64,000 bases of DNA from Prolixibacteraceae bacterium (GTDB taxonomy: Bacteria; Bacteroidota; Bacteroidia; Bacteroidales; Prolixibacteraceae), in the NCBI GenBank assembly GCA_025355875.1, contig JANXYV010000212.1:5844-69843 (forward strand), in the 5' to 3' direction. How positions within the stretch are numbered: the stretch's first letter is position 1; each line of letters starts with the position of its first letter. The notes under the pieces are model-generated. The model was not told the DNA's origin and made no database searches. It saw only the letters and a program-made list of their open reading frames with translations. The position numbers and the translations under genes were made by a program. Shown here in pieces: positions 1 through 10,516 of the stretch.

Positions 1-35
1 AAGGCCATATGTATGTGAATGTGGATAATAAGTAG
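1..35 (+). CDS. 3' end of a gene truncated by the window edge (possibly LptC-like)
   Basis: Frame reads GHMYVNVDNK-stop (TAG 33-35), 12 nt before the next ATG. Identity guessed only from usual Bacteroidota gene order. Confidence 0.3.
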   Translation, partial: GHMYVNVDNK

Positions 36-47
36 AGCAGTTTAAGT

Positions 48-1319
48 ATGAATTTGCTTTTGATCATATTGGTTACGATGCTTTTCTCAGGGTTTTTCTC
101 AGGAATGGAAATTGCATTCATTTCGGCGAACCGCCTCAGGCTTGAATTAGACAAAAAGCAAAGCGTTGTACACTCCAGACTGATTTCACTATACACACAA
201 AATCCCGGTCAGTTTATTGCCACCATGATGGTTGGGAACAACCTGGCTTTGGTTATTTATGGACTTGCATTCGCAAACCTGCTCGAACCGTCATTGAAAA
301 TGTACCTTCATTCCAATTCTCTGGTTTTGCTATCGCAAACGGTAATTTCGACCTTGCTAATTTTGGCCACTGTGGAATACTTCCCAAAAATGCTCTTCCG
401 CATAAATCCAAACGGGATCCTCCGGTTTTTCACCATCCCCATCGCGTTTTTCTATTTTTTGTTCTATCCGCTCACGAAGGTTACCATGTGGATTTCAAAA
501 GGCATGTTAAAAATTTTTCTGAACGAACCCACCCGGAATTTGAATGAAAAAATTGTATTCAGCAAGATCGATTTGGACCATTTTGTTAAGGAACCCGAAA
601 ACAGCGGCTCAGTCCAATCCAGCCAGGAAATCGATAATGAGGTGAAACTTTTCAGGAACGCACTCGATTTCTCTAAAGTAAAGCTTCGTGAAATCATGGT
701 GCCACGAACCGAAATGGTAGCCCTCGATATTGAATCAACCGTAGAGGAATTGCGCCAAAAATTCATTGAAACAGGCTATTCACGTATTTTATTCTATTCA
801 GAAAATACCGACAATATTATCGGCTATGTTCATCATTCGGTTTTTTTTACGAATCCCGACGCCATCAAATCCGATCTCCGCCAGGTTTTAATTGTGCCCG
901 AAACCATGCCGGCCAGTAAACTTTTAAGCCAGTTCATCCAGCACCGACTCAGTATTGCCATCGTAGTCGACGAATTTGGAGGAACTTCGGGAATGGTTAC
1001 CAGCGAAGATATTCTGGAAGAGATCTTTGGTGAAATCGAGGACGAGCACGACACGATCGACCTGATTAAAAAACAAGTTTCGGATACCGAGTTTGTTTTT
1101 TCCGGCCGACTTGAACTGGATGAACTCAACGACAGTTTCAATCTTGACTTTCCGGAGAACGAAAACTATGAAACGCTCGCCGGATTTATTCTCTTCTACT
1201 TCGAAAGTATTCCGAAAATCAATACCATTATTACAATTGAAAAGTACAAGTTTAAGATACTGAAAGCCACCAGCACCAAGATCGAATTGGTGCACCTTAC
1301 TATCCTCGACAATTCCTAA
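48..1319 (+). CDS. Hemolysin-family/CNNM protein (DUF21 TM + 2 CBS + CorC_HlyC), putative Mg/Co efflux
   Basis: N-terminal SGFFSGMEIAFIS, MVPRTEM, VVDEFGGTSGMVTSEDILEEIFGEIEDEHD, C-terminal YETLAGFI. Confidence 0.92.
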   Translation: MNLLLIILVTMLFSGFFSGMEIAFISANRLRLELDKKQSVVHSRLISLYTQNPGQFIATMMVGNNLALVIYGLAFANLLEPSLKMYLHSNSLVLLSQTVISTLLILATVEYFPKMLFRINPNGILRFFTIPIAFFYFLFYPLTKVTMWISKGMLKIFLNEPTRNLNEKIVFSKIDLDHFVKEPENSGSVQSSQEIDNEVKLFRNALDFSKVKLREIMVPRTEMVALDIESTVEELRQKFIETGYSRILFYSENTDNIIGYVHHSVFFTNPDAIKSDLRQVLIVPETMPASKLLSQFIQHRLSIAIVVDEFGGTSGMVTSEDILEEIFGEIEDEHDTIDLIKKQVSDTEFVFSGRLELDELNDSFNLDFPENENYETLAGFILFYFESIPKINTIITIEKYKFKILKATSTKIELVHLTILDNS

Positions 1320-1414
1320 AATAAAATTTGATTTCTAGGATTAATATTGAAAATTATTATCTTCGTACCTCGAAATTTTGAGTAGAATAATTATAATAAA
1401 TTAACAACTAATAA

Positions 1415-3532
1415 ATGGCTACATTACAGAACATAAGGAATCGCGGGAGTTTGGTGATAGCGATCGTAATCGGTATTGCCCTGGGTGCATTTATCCTGGG
1501 CGACATGCTGAATACCGGAAGTAAGTTAATGAAACCCAGCGAAATGAAAATTGCTGAAATTAATGGTGAATCGGTTCAATATCCGGATTTTCAGAAAAAG
1601 GTAGAAGAACTTTCTGAAATTTATAAGATGAATATGCAGAAAACTGCGATCGACGAAAGCACCTGGGAACAAATCCGCGACCAGGTCTGGCAGGAATACC
1701 TTCAGGAAAATATCGTTGGCAAAGCAGGTCAGAAACTGGGATTAACTGTAAGTTCAGAAGAACTTTTTGATTTGGTACAGGGAAAAAACCCGCATCCGAT
1801 TATTCAGCAGCTTTTCAAAGATCCGAAAACCGGGCAGATTGACAAAGCTAACATTCTGAAGTTTCTGAAATCACTGGAGACAAATGCATCCCCTCAGCAA
1901 AAATCGTATTGGTTATACATCGAAAATCAGATTAAACAAGATAAACTTCGCACCAAATACAACAATTTAGTTTCGAAGGGATTGTATGTAACTTCTGACG
2001 AAGCCAAAAAGAGCCTGGAAGCAAAGAACAAAAATGCAAATTTTCAATATGTTATGCTGGCCTATTCTTCGGTTTCAGACAACGATGTAAAAATTTCGGA
2101 CAGCGACCTGAAAGATTACTACAACAAACACAAAGACGAGTACAAACAAGAGAAAACCCGCAAAATCGAATATGTTACATTCGAAGTGCTGCCATCGGCG
2201 GGAGATAATGCAGCTACCCAAAAATGGATTACCGACAGCAAACAAGAGTTTTCAACTGTCACCGACAATAAACAATTCATCAACGTGAATTCAGATATTC
2301 CTTTTGATGCATCGTACTACAAAAAATCGGATCTTCCGGCAGCTATAGCCGAATGGGCTTTCAGCGCACAACCCGAAGATTTCTACGGACCTTATTTCGA
2401 GAATAACCAGTACAAACTGGTAAAACTAGATCAATTCAAAATGTTGCCTGATTCGGTTCAGGCCAGCCATATCCTGATTAACCCGCAAACCGTTGGTGGT
2501 GCTGAAAAAGCAAAAGCATTGGTCGACAGTTTGAAACGTAAAATTGAACTGGGTGGCGACTTTGCTGAAATGGCAATGAAATATTCAGAAGATCCCGGAT
2601 CCAAAAATAAAGGTGGCGATTTAGGTTGGTTTAAACGCAAACAAATGGTTCCTGAATTTGAAGAAGCTGCTTTTACCGGTGAAATCAACAAACTCTATGT
2701 AGTTGGAACCCGTTTTGGATACCACCTGATCAAGCCAACCAAAAAAGGCAAAGAGACCAATGAAGTCCGCATTGCTACTTTGGTACGGAAAGTTGAACCA
2801 AGCAACGAAACCTATCAGAAAATATATTCAGAAACCAGTAAGTTTGCCAGTGAAAACCAAACGGTTGAGGCCTTCAACAAATCGATTTCAGCTCAAAAGC
2901 TGGATAAAAAGATTGCCGATCTGAAAGAAAATGACCAACAGATACCCGGTTTGGATGCATCGCGCCAACTGGTGAAAGCTGCTTTCAATGGAGAAAAAGG
3001 GAAAATCCTGGTCAACAACGAGAAATCGACCATCTTCGAATTTGGGAACAAATTCGTGATTGCCTCTTTGACTTCAGCTACTGAAGCTGGCGCAGCCTCG
3101 TTTGAAGATGCAAAGCCTAAAGTAGAACTGGCTGTCCGTAAAGATAAAAAAGCAGAAATGCTCGCCGAAAAACTAAAGAGTGCAGCTTCAGGTCAGTCTG
3201 ATCTGGGAAGTGTTGCTTCCAAACTTTCAACTTCGGCGAAAGATGCTTCCGGAGTCAATTTCATGTCCAGCTCTATTCCTTCACTCGGATTCGAGCCTGC
3301 AGTAATCGGAACCGTCAGTACACTTTCCGAAGGTAAAATTTCAGCTCCGGTTGTTGGTTCAAACGGGGTTTATCTTACAAAAGTAACTTCGTTGAACACC
3401 GCATCGAATACTGACTTGAAAGGTGAGAAAAACCGCCTGGCACAAACTCTGAATTACAGGGCTGGCGGACAGGTTTTTGAATCACTCAAAAAAGTGGTCG
3501 ACATTGTCGACAGGCGATCAAAATTCTATTAA
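1415..3532 (+). CDS. ppiD: PpiD/SurA-N family periplasmic parvulin peptidyl-prolyl isomerase
   Basis: MATLQNIRNR start plus TM anchor; parvulin motifs ASHILI, FAEMAMKYSED, GGDLGWF, MVPEFEEAAF. Confidence 0.9.
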   Translation: MATLQNIRNRGSLVIAIVIGIALGAFILGDMLNTGSKLMKPSEMKIAEINGESVQYPDFQKKVEELSEIYKMNMQKTAIDESTWEQIRDQVWQEYLQENIVGKAGQKLGLTVSSEELFDLVQGKNPHPIIQQLFKDPKTGQIDKANILKFLKSLETNASPQQKSYWLYIENQIKQDKLRTKYNNLVSKGLYVTSDEAKKSLEAKNKNANFQYVMLAYSSVSDNDVKISDSDLKDYYNKHKDEYKQEKTRKIEYVTFEVLPSAGDNAATQKWITDSKQEFSTVTDNKQFINVNSDIPFDASYYKKSDLPAAIAEWAFSAQPEDFYGPYFENNQYKLVKLDQFKMLPDSVQASHILINPQTVGGAEKAKALVDSLKRKIELGGDFAEMAMKYSEDPGSKNKGGDLGWFKRKQMVPEFEEAAFTGEINKLYVVGTRFGYHLIKPTKKGKETNEVRIATLVRKVEPSNETYQKIYSETSKFASENQTVEAFNKSISAQKLDKKIADLKENDQQIPGLDASRQLVKAAFNGEKGKILVNNEKSTIFEFGNKFVIASLTSATEAGAASFEDAKPKVELAVRKDKKAEMLAEKLKSAASGQSDLGSVASKLSTSAKDASGVNFMSSSIPSLGFEPAVIGTVSTLSEGKISAPVVGSNGVYLTKVTSLNTASNTDLKGEKNRLAQTLNYRAGGQVFESLKKVVDIVDRRSKFY

Positions 3533-3547
3533 TAGCATATCAAAGGG

Positions 3548-3577
3548 AAAAAGCGGGCAATCAACCCGCTTTTTTTT
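3548..3577 (+). terminator. Rho-independent terminator
   Basis: AAAAAGCGGG-caatcaa-CCCGCTTTTTTTT downstream of ppiD. Confidence 0.85.
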
Positions 3578-3616
3578 ATATAGATTTGTACTACTTTTCA
3601 TTTTAACGACAAGACT

Positions 3617-5113
3617 ATGGCAAGGTATTTCAACCACGTTTCAAGAACTTTTAATGAATATTTGTTGATCCCGGGATTATCAACCAAAGATTGTTATCCT
3701 CAGAACGTTTCATTAAAAACCCCGCTGGTAAAGTATCAGAAAGGTACAAAACCTGAATTGGAACTCAATATTCCGTTTGTTTCAGCCATCATGCAATCAG
3801 TTTCCGACCATAAAATGGCCATTGCCCTCGCCAAAAACGGAGGATTGTCCTTTATTTTTGGTTCACAACCTATCGAATCGCAAGTCGATATGGTCCGTAA
3901 GGTAAAGAAATTCAAGGCCGGATTTGTGGTGAGTGATGCGAACCTGACTCCGGAAGATACCCTGAAAGAAGTTTTGGCAATCAAAGCCCGCACTGGCCAT
4001 TCAACGGTTGGGATTACCGAAGACGGGACCTCGAACGGAAAACTCCTTGGAATGGTCACCAGCCGCGATTATCGTGAGAATAGAGATCCGGAAGATACCA
4101 AGATCAGCGAATTCATGACCCCGTTCTCCAAGCTGGTCACCGGTGAACATGGATTGACTCTAACTGAGGCCAACGACATCATCTGGGAACACAAGCTGAA
4201 TACACTGCCTATTATCGATAAGGATCAAAAACTGCAATATTTTGTCTTCCGGAAAGACTACGACGAACACCGCGACAATCCCGAAGAATTGCTCGATTCA
4301 AACAAAAAACTCCTGGTTGGTGCAGGGATCAATACACGCGATTACACCGATCGTGTTCCAAAACTGGTTGAAGCCGGTGCCGATATTTTGTGTATCGACT
4401 CATCCGACGGGTTCTCCGAATGGCAAAAGGAAACCATCGAATTTATCAAGACCAAATACAACGGACAGGTTAAAGTTGGAGCCGGAAATGTTGTCGATAA
4501 AGAGGGCTTTTTGTACCTGGTAGAAGCAGGTGCCGATTTTGTCAAAGTTGGAATTGGCGGAGGTTCCATTTGCATTACTCGCGAACAAAAAGGGATCGGT
4601 CGTGGACAGGCAACCGCCCTGATTGAAGTAGCCGAAGCACGCAAAGAATACTTTGAAAAAACCGGGATTTATGTACCGATTTGTTCCGATGGCGGTATTG
4701 TTCAGGATTACCATATGGTACTGGCGCTGTCAATGGGAGCCGATTTCATTATGATGGGCCGGTACTTTGCCCGTTTCGATGAAAGCCCGACCAAGAAGCT
4801 GAAAATTGGCAGCAACTATGTAAAAGAATACTGGGGCGAAGGATCGAACCGGGCGCGCAACTGGCAGCGTTACGACCATGGAGGTAATGAATCGCTCAAA
4901 TTTGAAGAGGGAGTTGATAGTTATGTTCCTTATGCCGGAAAATTGAAAGACAACCTGGAGATTACTTTAGGTAAGATTATTTCAACCATGTGCAGTTGCG
5001 GTGCAATTACAATACCTGAACTGGAAAAAAATGCCAAAATAACACTGGTATCCTCAACCAGCATCATCGAAGGCGGAGCGCACGACGTGATATTAAAGGA
5101 AACGAATATCTAG
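3617..5113 (+). CDS. guaB: IMP dehydrogenase
   Basis: CBS pair, IDSSDG, catalytic loop [29 protein letters not shown]. Confidence 0.95.
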   Translation: MARYFNHVSRTFNEYLLIPGLSTKDCYPQNVSLKTPLVKYQKGTKPELELNIPFVSAIMQSVSDHKMAIALAKNGGLSFIFGSQPIESQVDMVRKVKKFKAGFVVSDANLTPEDTLKEVLAIKARTGHSTVGITEDGTSNGKLLGMVTSRDYRENRDPEDTKISEFMTPFSKLVTGEHGLTLTEANDIIWEHKLNTLPIIDKDQKLQYFVFRKDYDEHRDNPEELLDSNKKLLVGAGINTRDYTDRVPKLVEAGADILCIDSSDGFSEWQKETIEFIKTKYNGQVKVGAGNVVDKEGFLYLVEAGADFVKVGIGGGSICITREQKGIGRGQATALIEVAEARKEYFEKTGIYVPICSDGGIVQDYHMVLALSMGADFIMMGRYFARFDESPTKKLKIGSNYVKEYWGEGSNRARNWQRYDHGGNESLKFEEGVDSYVPYAGKLKDNLEITLGKIISTMCSCGAITIPELEKNAKITLVSSTSIIEGGAHDVILKETNI

Positions 5114-5144
5114 AAGAGCAAAATACATGGAGTTACTACAAATA

Positions 5145-5174
5145 GAAAGCGGGCCTCTGCCCGCTTTCCTTTTT
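5145..5174. terminator. Probably bidirectional terminator between convergent guaB and yqeY
   Basis: Perfect 10-bp stem GAAAGCGGGC-ctct-GCCCGCTTTC followed by a T-run. Confidence 0.85.
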
Positions 5175-5223
5175 CCACCCCAAATGCACAAAACTTGAGA
5201 TTTCAAGTTCCGACATTCTATCG

Positions 5224-5673
5224 TTAGCTTAACAACGCTTTCACTTTTTCCGAGATATCTTTTCCGTCAGCCAGACCAGCCAGCTTTTTGGAGGCTATCC
5301 CCATTACTTTTCCCATATCTTTCATGCCTGCTGCACCAACTTCAGAAATAATTGCCTGTATGGCTTCTGACAATTCGGCATCCGACATTTTCACCGGAAG
5401 ATAGGTTTCAAAGATCTTTACCTGAAATATTTCCTGCTGGTATAAATCATCGCGACCCTGTTCCTTATAGATATTTGCCGAATCTGTTCCTTGCTTGGCC
5501 AGTTTCTGAATAATCTTCAGGCTTTCCTGATCGCTTAATTCACCTGTTGCACCTGCTGCCGATCTGGCTTCGATCATCACTTTCTTGATTCCGCGCAGAG
5601 CTTCAAGTTTTTCTTTCTCGCGGGCTTTCATGGCTGTCAGAATATCAATGCCGATCTGATCAAATAAACTCAT
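5224..5673 (-). CDS. yqeY: GatB/YqeY domain protein
   Basis: AMKAREKEKLEALRGIKK, KQGTDSANIYKEQGRDDL, MKDMGKVMG. Confidence 0.9.
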   Translation of the reverse strand: MSLFDQIGIDILTAMKAREKEKLEALRGIKKVMIEARSAAGATGELSDQESLKIIQKLAKQGTDSANIYKEQGRDDLYQQEIFQVKIFETYLPVKMSDAELSEAIQAIISEVGAAGMKDMGKVMGIASKKLAGLADGKDISEKVKALLS

Positions 5674-5682
5674 ACGCCAAAA

Positions 5683-7104
5683 TTAGTCAACATTATCGTG
5701 CAGATAGGAATTATTGTCCCGTAAAGTTACGTTATTATTTTCATCCGGTGCAATAGAAAAGCGAGAAAATTTTTCATCTACTTTTTTTTTAAAGCCAAAG
5801 AATTTCGAGTTCTTCCGGCGGTATGCCGGAATATTCTCCAGTTCATCAACAGTTTCCTCGGTAGTTTCCGCAAAATCGACCGGCAAAGTCTCCTCGCCGT
5901 TCATCGATTTCTTTGCGGGATTAGTCCCGTAAAGTTCTTCAAACTCATCATATCCACCGGCGTTCATTTCGAATTCAAACGTTTTTTGCTTCACATTCTT
6001 CGAACCATACAATTCGTTTTCAACCGTCTTTTTTGCTTCGGTCCTGATTGGCTGTGTATTGTCAGCCGACTCATCGATTAATGTATGGTAAGTTTTTTCC
6101 TGATTTTTATTGATCACCATTTCAGGAATGCTGCTTGTACTGAACCCGGTTGCAATGATGGTCACCGAAATCTTATCACCATACGATTCGTCCACTCCGT
6201 TTCCCCAGATCAAATCGGCAGAGTTTCCGGCCTTCTCCTGTACAAAATCGGTAATATCTCCAATTTCGTCCATGGTAATTTCTTCAATTCCTGAAGTGAT
6301 ATTCAACAGGATATTTCGGGCGCCCATGATGTCGTTGTTGTTCAGCAAAGGAGAATTCAGGGCTTCCTCAACCGCAATCAGGGCACGGTTTGCTCCGGAA
6401 GCGATACCAGTTCCCATCAAAGCCACACCACTGTTGCGCATCACCGTTTCGACATCGGCAAAGTCAACATTGATATAACCCGGAACAGTGATAATTTCCG
6501 CAATTCCCTTAGCCGCTGTGGTCAGGATATTATCGGCCTTGGCAAAGGCATCCGAAATCTTCGAATCACCATACATTTCCCGGATGCGTTCGTTGTTGAT
6601 GACCAATAATGAATCGACATGCGACTCCAAAGCAGCAATACCTTCAACGGCTTGTTTGATACGGCGGCGTCCTTCATTCCGGAACGGGATCGTTACAATT
6701 CCGACGGTCAGGATGCCAAGTTCGCGGGCCGCAGCAGCAATTACCGGTGCTGCACCGGTTCCGGTACCACCGCCCATTCCAGCCGTGATAAATACCATTT
6801 TGGTATTGTTCTGCAAAACTTTCTTAACGTCCTCAATATTTTCGATCGCCGAATCACGTCCGGTTTCAGGTTTATTGCCGGCGCCACGGCCCTCCGTCAG
6901 CGACGACCCCAATTGTACTTTGTAAGGAACCGGGCTGTTGATTAAAGCCTGTGCATCGGTGTTGCAAACCATAAAATCCACATCACGAATACCCTGCCGA
7001 AACATGTGGTTTACAGCATTACCACCACCTCCACCTACACCAATTACCTTGATGATTGAACCTGTATTCACGGTTAAATCAAAATTCATGATTTCGTTTG
7101 ACAT
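5683..7104 (-). CDS. ftsZ: Cell division protein FtsZ (canonical Bacteroidota type)
   Basis: GVGGGGGNAV, GGGTGTG tubulin signature, INVDFADV T7 loop, tail IPAYRRK...DNNSYLHDNVD. Confidence 0.97.
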   Translation of the reverse strand: MSNEIMNFDLTVNTGSIIKVIGVGGGGGNAVNHMFRQGIRDVDFMVCNTDAQALINSPVPYKVQLGSSLTEGRGAGNKPETGRDSAIENIEDVKKVLQNNTKMVFITAGMGGGTGTGAAPVIAAAARELGILTVGIVTIPFRNEGRRRIKQAVEGIAALESHVDSLLVINNERIREMYGDSKISDAFAKADNILTTAAKGIAEIITVPGYINVDFADVETVMRNSGVALMGTGIASGANRALIAVEEALNSPLLNNNDIMGARNILLNITSGIEEITMDEIGDITDFVQEKAGNSADLIWGNGVDESYGDKISVTIIATGFSTSSIPEMVINKNQEKTYHTLIDESADNTQPIRTEAKKTVENELYGSKNVKQKTFEFEMNAGGYDEFEELYGTNPAKKSMNGEETLPVDFAETTEETVDELENIPAYRRKNSKFFGFKKKVDEKFSRFSIAPDENNNVTLRDNNSYLHDNVD

Positions 7105-7128
7105 ATCTTTTATTTTTCGTGTTTATAA

Positions 7129-8412
7129 TTAGTTGTTGCTCCCAGAGATAGGAGTATCCTTATCTTCAAAGAATTTCGTAAACTGTTTGAAAAACCAGTT
7201 GTCAACATTCGCATTTTCAGGATTCGATTCATCTGCACCCCTGTTTCTTCCCTTTTTCGGTTTCTTTGTTTGACTTTCAGTGTGCAAGAGCGGTTTTATT
7301 GTTTCACGTTTGGTTTCGGAGGTGGGGACGGTTACCCCGTTCACCTCAAAAACGGGTCCGTCGTTCAGGTTTATTTCATAACCCGAATCGTCGGGGCTAA
7401 ATTCAACAATCTCAGCCGGATCCTGAAACAGAACGTTCGGATTCACATCAAATCCGGTGGCAATGATGGTCACACTGATCTGATTTCCAAGTTTGAAGTC
7501 AGCACCATTTCCCCAAATGATAGTCGCATCCATTCCGGCTTCTTCCTGCAGATAATCAATGATTTCACCAATTTCTCCCATGGTAATTTCTTCAGTTCCG
7601 GAAATAATATTAAGCAGAATATCTTTGGTTCCCCGAATGCTGCTGCTGTCGAGCAACGGCGATTCAAGGGCCAATTGCACTGCCTTCATGGCGCGGTCGG
7701 GACCTTCGGCATAACCGGTTCCCATAATAAAAACTTCACTTCCGGCCATTACCGTACTCACATCGGCAAAGTCGATATTAATATTGCCGTGAAGAGTAAT
7801 GATTTCCGCAACACCTTTTACCGCTGTGGTAATGATATTGTCTGCCTTCTTGAATGCCTGCGATGCCGGCAGGTTTCCATAAATTTTATGCAGCTTTTCG
7901 TTGCTGATGACCAGCATACTGTCAACATGTTCCTTGAGTTTTTCGACCCCTTCAAGGGCTTGTCTGAATCGTCTTTGTCCTTCTGACCGTGAAGGGATTG
8001 TGACTACAGCGATGGTCAGGATATCCAGTTCCCGGGCTAGCCGGGCAATCACCGGGGCAGCGCCGGTTCCTGTTCCTCCTCCCATGCCGGCTGTAATAAA
8101 CACCATTTTGGTGGTTCCTTCGAGAATATTCCGGATATCGTCCAGATTTTCAATTGCAGCCTGTTCGCCTTGCTCCGGAAGGTTTCCAGCCCCCCGTCCT
8201 TCAGTAAGGGTAACCCCAAGCTGAATCCTTACAGGTACCGGATTATTTTGCATGGCCTGCGCATCAGTATTACAAACCAAGAAAGTAACCCCTTCAATGC
8301 CTTCTTCATACATGTTTTTGACGGCATTGCAACCACCGCCCCCAACACCAATCACCTTGATAATGGAGGAATTTGCGTACTCTAATCCAAAGTTAAGTAG
8401 TTCATCGATCAT
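7129..8412 (-). CDS. ftsZ: Second, divergent FtsZ paralogue
   Basis: GVGGGGCNAV, GGGTGTG, INIDFADV; different C-terminal tail (WFFKQFTKFFEDKD). Confidence 0.95.
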   Translation of the reverse strand: MIDELLNFGLEYANSSIIKVIGVGGGGCNAVKNMYEEGIEGVTFLVCNTDAQAMQNNPVPVRIQLGVTLTEGRGAGNLPEQGEQAAIENLDDIRNILEGTTKMVFITAGMGGGTGTGAAPVIARLARELDILTIAVVTIPSRSEGQRRFRQALEGVEKLKEHVDSMLVISNEKLHKIYGNLPASQAFKKADNIITTAVKGVAEIITLHGNINIDFADVSTVMAGSEVFIMGTGYAEGPDRAMKAVQLALESPLLDSSSIRGTKDILLNIISGTEEITMGEIGEIIDYLQEEAGMDATIIWGNGADFKLGNQISVTIIATGFDVNPNVLFQDPAEIVEFSPDDSGYEINLNDGPVFEVNGVTVPTSETKRETIKPLLHTESQTKKPKKGRNRGADESNPENANVDNWFFKQFTKFFEDKDTPISGSNN

Positions 8413-8425
8413 AAGGCAGACTTCA

Positions 8426-9757
8426 TTATGTTTTGTCTAAATTCATATCGGTATCTTCGGTATTGTCTTCGAAAAAGACAATCACACTTTGTTGAACTTT
8501 CTGTTGATAATCAGTAACTTTTTGCCCAAGCTTCACTTTCATACTGGTAATAAACCCCGGACCCTCCTGTTTTACTTTTGCAGGTTTCTTTCGTTTCTTT
8601 CCAATTTGTCCGTCTTCGGCGGCAGCCAGCTTAAGTAAACCCAGAGCCGTCGAGAATTTTGGATCATCGACCTGCTTGCCGGCGACAAACAGGTTTAAAT
8701 TTGGTTTTCCAATCCGGACATCATAGCCGGTATGGAATTTAATGAGCTGCCCGAGGTTCGTCAGAAGAGAAGCACCTCCGGTAATCACAATTCCTGAACC
8801 CAACTTATCGGCATAGCCTGATTTTCGGATCTGATAACAAAAATGGACCACGATTTCTTCCATTCGGGCCTGAATGATGTGAGCCAGACTTTTAAACGAA
8901 ATTTGTTTGGGTTCCCATCCGTTTCGCTGGATGGTTACCACTTTATTTTCAGGAGCAAAATCTGCAATAGCCTGACCAAACTGCCTTTTCAGCGATTCGG
9001 CTTCTTTCACGGTAATGGAACATCCTTCCTTGATATCTTTGGTTATCACATTTCCTCCAAAAGGAACCATGGAAGTAAAACACAAAACTCCATCGTAAAA
9101 TATGGAAATCTTGGTTGTACCGCCGCCAATGTCTACCAAGGCCACGCCGGATTCCTTTTCATCGTCGGTCAGTACGACTTCCGATGAAGCAATGGGATCG
9201 AGAATGGCTTTCTGAACATTAATTGAACCACGTTTCAGGCACATGGCAATGTTTCGCTGATAAGCATCAGGAGCTACATGGATTTTAAAACTGGCATCCA
9301 TTTTTTCTCCAATCGAACCCACCGGACTCGAAGTTACGGCTTCGCCATCAATGGTGTAAAATTCCGGATTGATGTGATAAATACATGTGTCGTCCGGTAA
9401 TTTGACCTGACGGGCCTGTTCCATAATTTGATTGACATCGGCTTCGGTCACACAATGATCGCGCCCCATCAATTTCTGCTGGAGGCTGGTCAAAGTGGTC
9501 AGTTGCTGTCCCGAAATGTTCACAAAAACATTCTCGATATCGTGGCCACAGTCCGTCTCAGCCCTTCCCACGGCCTCGCTGATTGCTGCAAATGCTTCCT
9601 CCACATTCAGCAAAACACCTCTGTTGACACCTCTCGATGCACTCTGGCCAATGCCTGTGATCTGGATTTTACCATCTTCATTTTTTGTTCCGGTAAGGGC
9701 TACAATTTTAGTAGACCCGATGTCAACTGCTGCAAAAATTTTTCCGTTCTTGTCCAT
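8426..9757 (-). CDS. ftsA: Cell division protein FtsA
   Basis: DIGSTKI, VDIGGGTT, GGNVITKDI, VITGGASLL, PKFSTALGLL. Confidence 0.95.
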   Translation of the reverse strand: MDKNGKIFAAVDIGSTKIVALTGTKNEDGKIQITGIGQSASRGVNRGVLLNVEEAFAAISEAVGRAETDCGHDIENVFVNISGQQLTTLTSLQQKLMGRDHCVTEADVNQIMEQARQVKLPDDTCIYHINPEFYTIDGEAVTSSPVGSIGEKMDASFKIHVAPDAYQRNIAMCLKRGSINVQKAILDPIASSEVVLTDDEKESGVALVDIGGGTTKISIFYDGVLCFTSMVPFGGNVITKDIKEGCSITVKEAESLKRQFGQAIADFAPENKVVTIQRNGWEPKQISFKSLAHIIQARMEEIVVHFCYQIRKSGYADKLGSGIVITGGASLLTNLGQLIKFHTGYDVRIGKPNLNLFVAGKQVDDPKFSTALGLLKLAAAEDGQIGKKRKKPAKVKQEGPGFITSMKVKLGQKVTDYQQKVQQSVIVFFEDNTEDTDMNLDKT

Positions 9758-9760
9758 AAT

Positions 9761-10516
9761 CTACTTTTTTGTACAAACAACCTGGTTTCGATATTTCACA
9801 CTGATGGTTTTATACCTGTTCCAGCCTATATTTTTAAATCCCTGCTGGTATACGGCTCTTAAATTCCTGAATTTCAATTCGTAATCATCCGGCGTTCCAA
9901 ATTCGATCAAATAATCGCCAACCTGAGGCACAAACAGCAATTCGCCATTGGCCTGAACGAAAACCTGCTCGATCTGCGCCCTCCAGAATTCATCTTTATT
10001 CACAAAATCCGCCATTTTCAGCAAGCTCTTTCTAATTTCTTCCTCCGGAATTGAACCGGTTGCCAGAAGTATCCGTTCCACATATTTCGGGGAAACCGGT
10101 ACCTTAATGCCATTCTGATCCATGTAATAATCTTCTCCCGCACCTTTAATGCGCAATACTGGTGTCCGCTCGTCGAGGCTGATTACCAATTTTCCCTTAA
10201 ACGACAAGCCTTTGGAATCCACCTTCCTGAAAATTTCAACATTATTCAGGGTCGTGTAGGTGCTTAGCCTGGTTTCCAGCTTATTGATATTGATTGCCGA
10301 AAGTCGCTGACCAATAATGGGATCACCCGACTTTTCGATCATCGTGGCAATTTCATTTTCATCAAGAAAACGTGGCGAGTTTGGGTTAATATTTACAACA
10401 ATCGACTGGCAACGAACGGCAATCCACTCACTATAGGCGTAATAAATGGTAAAACCGATTGCTCCAACCAGAGTAATCCAACCTAAAATGACCAATATTT
10501 TTTTAACGATCCTCAT
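9761..10516 (-). CDS. ftsQ: Cell division protein FtsQ/DivIB
   Basis: N-terminal TM, POTRA-like region, YKTISVKYRNQVVCTKK C-terminus typical of Bacteroidota; position between murC and ftsA. Confidence 0.88.
   Translation of the reverse strand: MRIVKKILVILGWITLVGAIGFTIYYAYSEWIAVRCQSIVVNINPNSPRFLDENEIATMIEKSGDPIIGQRLSAININKLETRLSTYTTLNNVEIFRKVDSKGLSFKGKLVISLDERTPVLRIKGAGEDYYMDQNGIKVPVSPKYVERILLATGSIPEEEIRKSLLKMADFVNKDEFWRAQIEQVFVQANGELLFVPQVGDYLIEFGTPDDYELKFRNLRAVYQQGFKNIGWNRYKTISVKYRNQVVCTKK

Noticed and set aside
7270-7986. 238-aa plus-strand ORF, and similar 60-190-aa antisense ORFs throughout the dcw cluster (e.g. 18489-19070)
   Set aside because: Antisense to well-conserved genes; expected shadows of biased codon usage.
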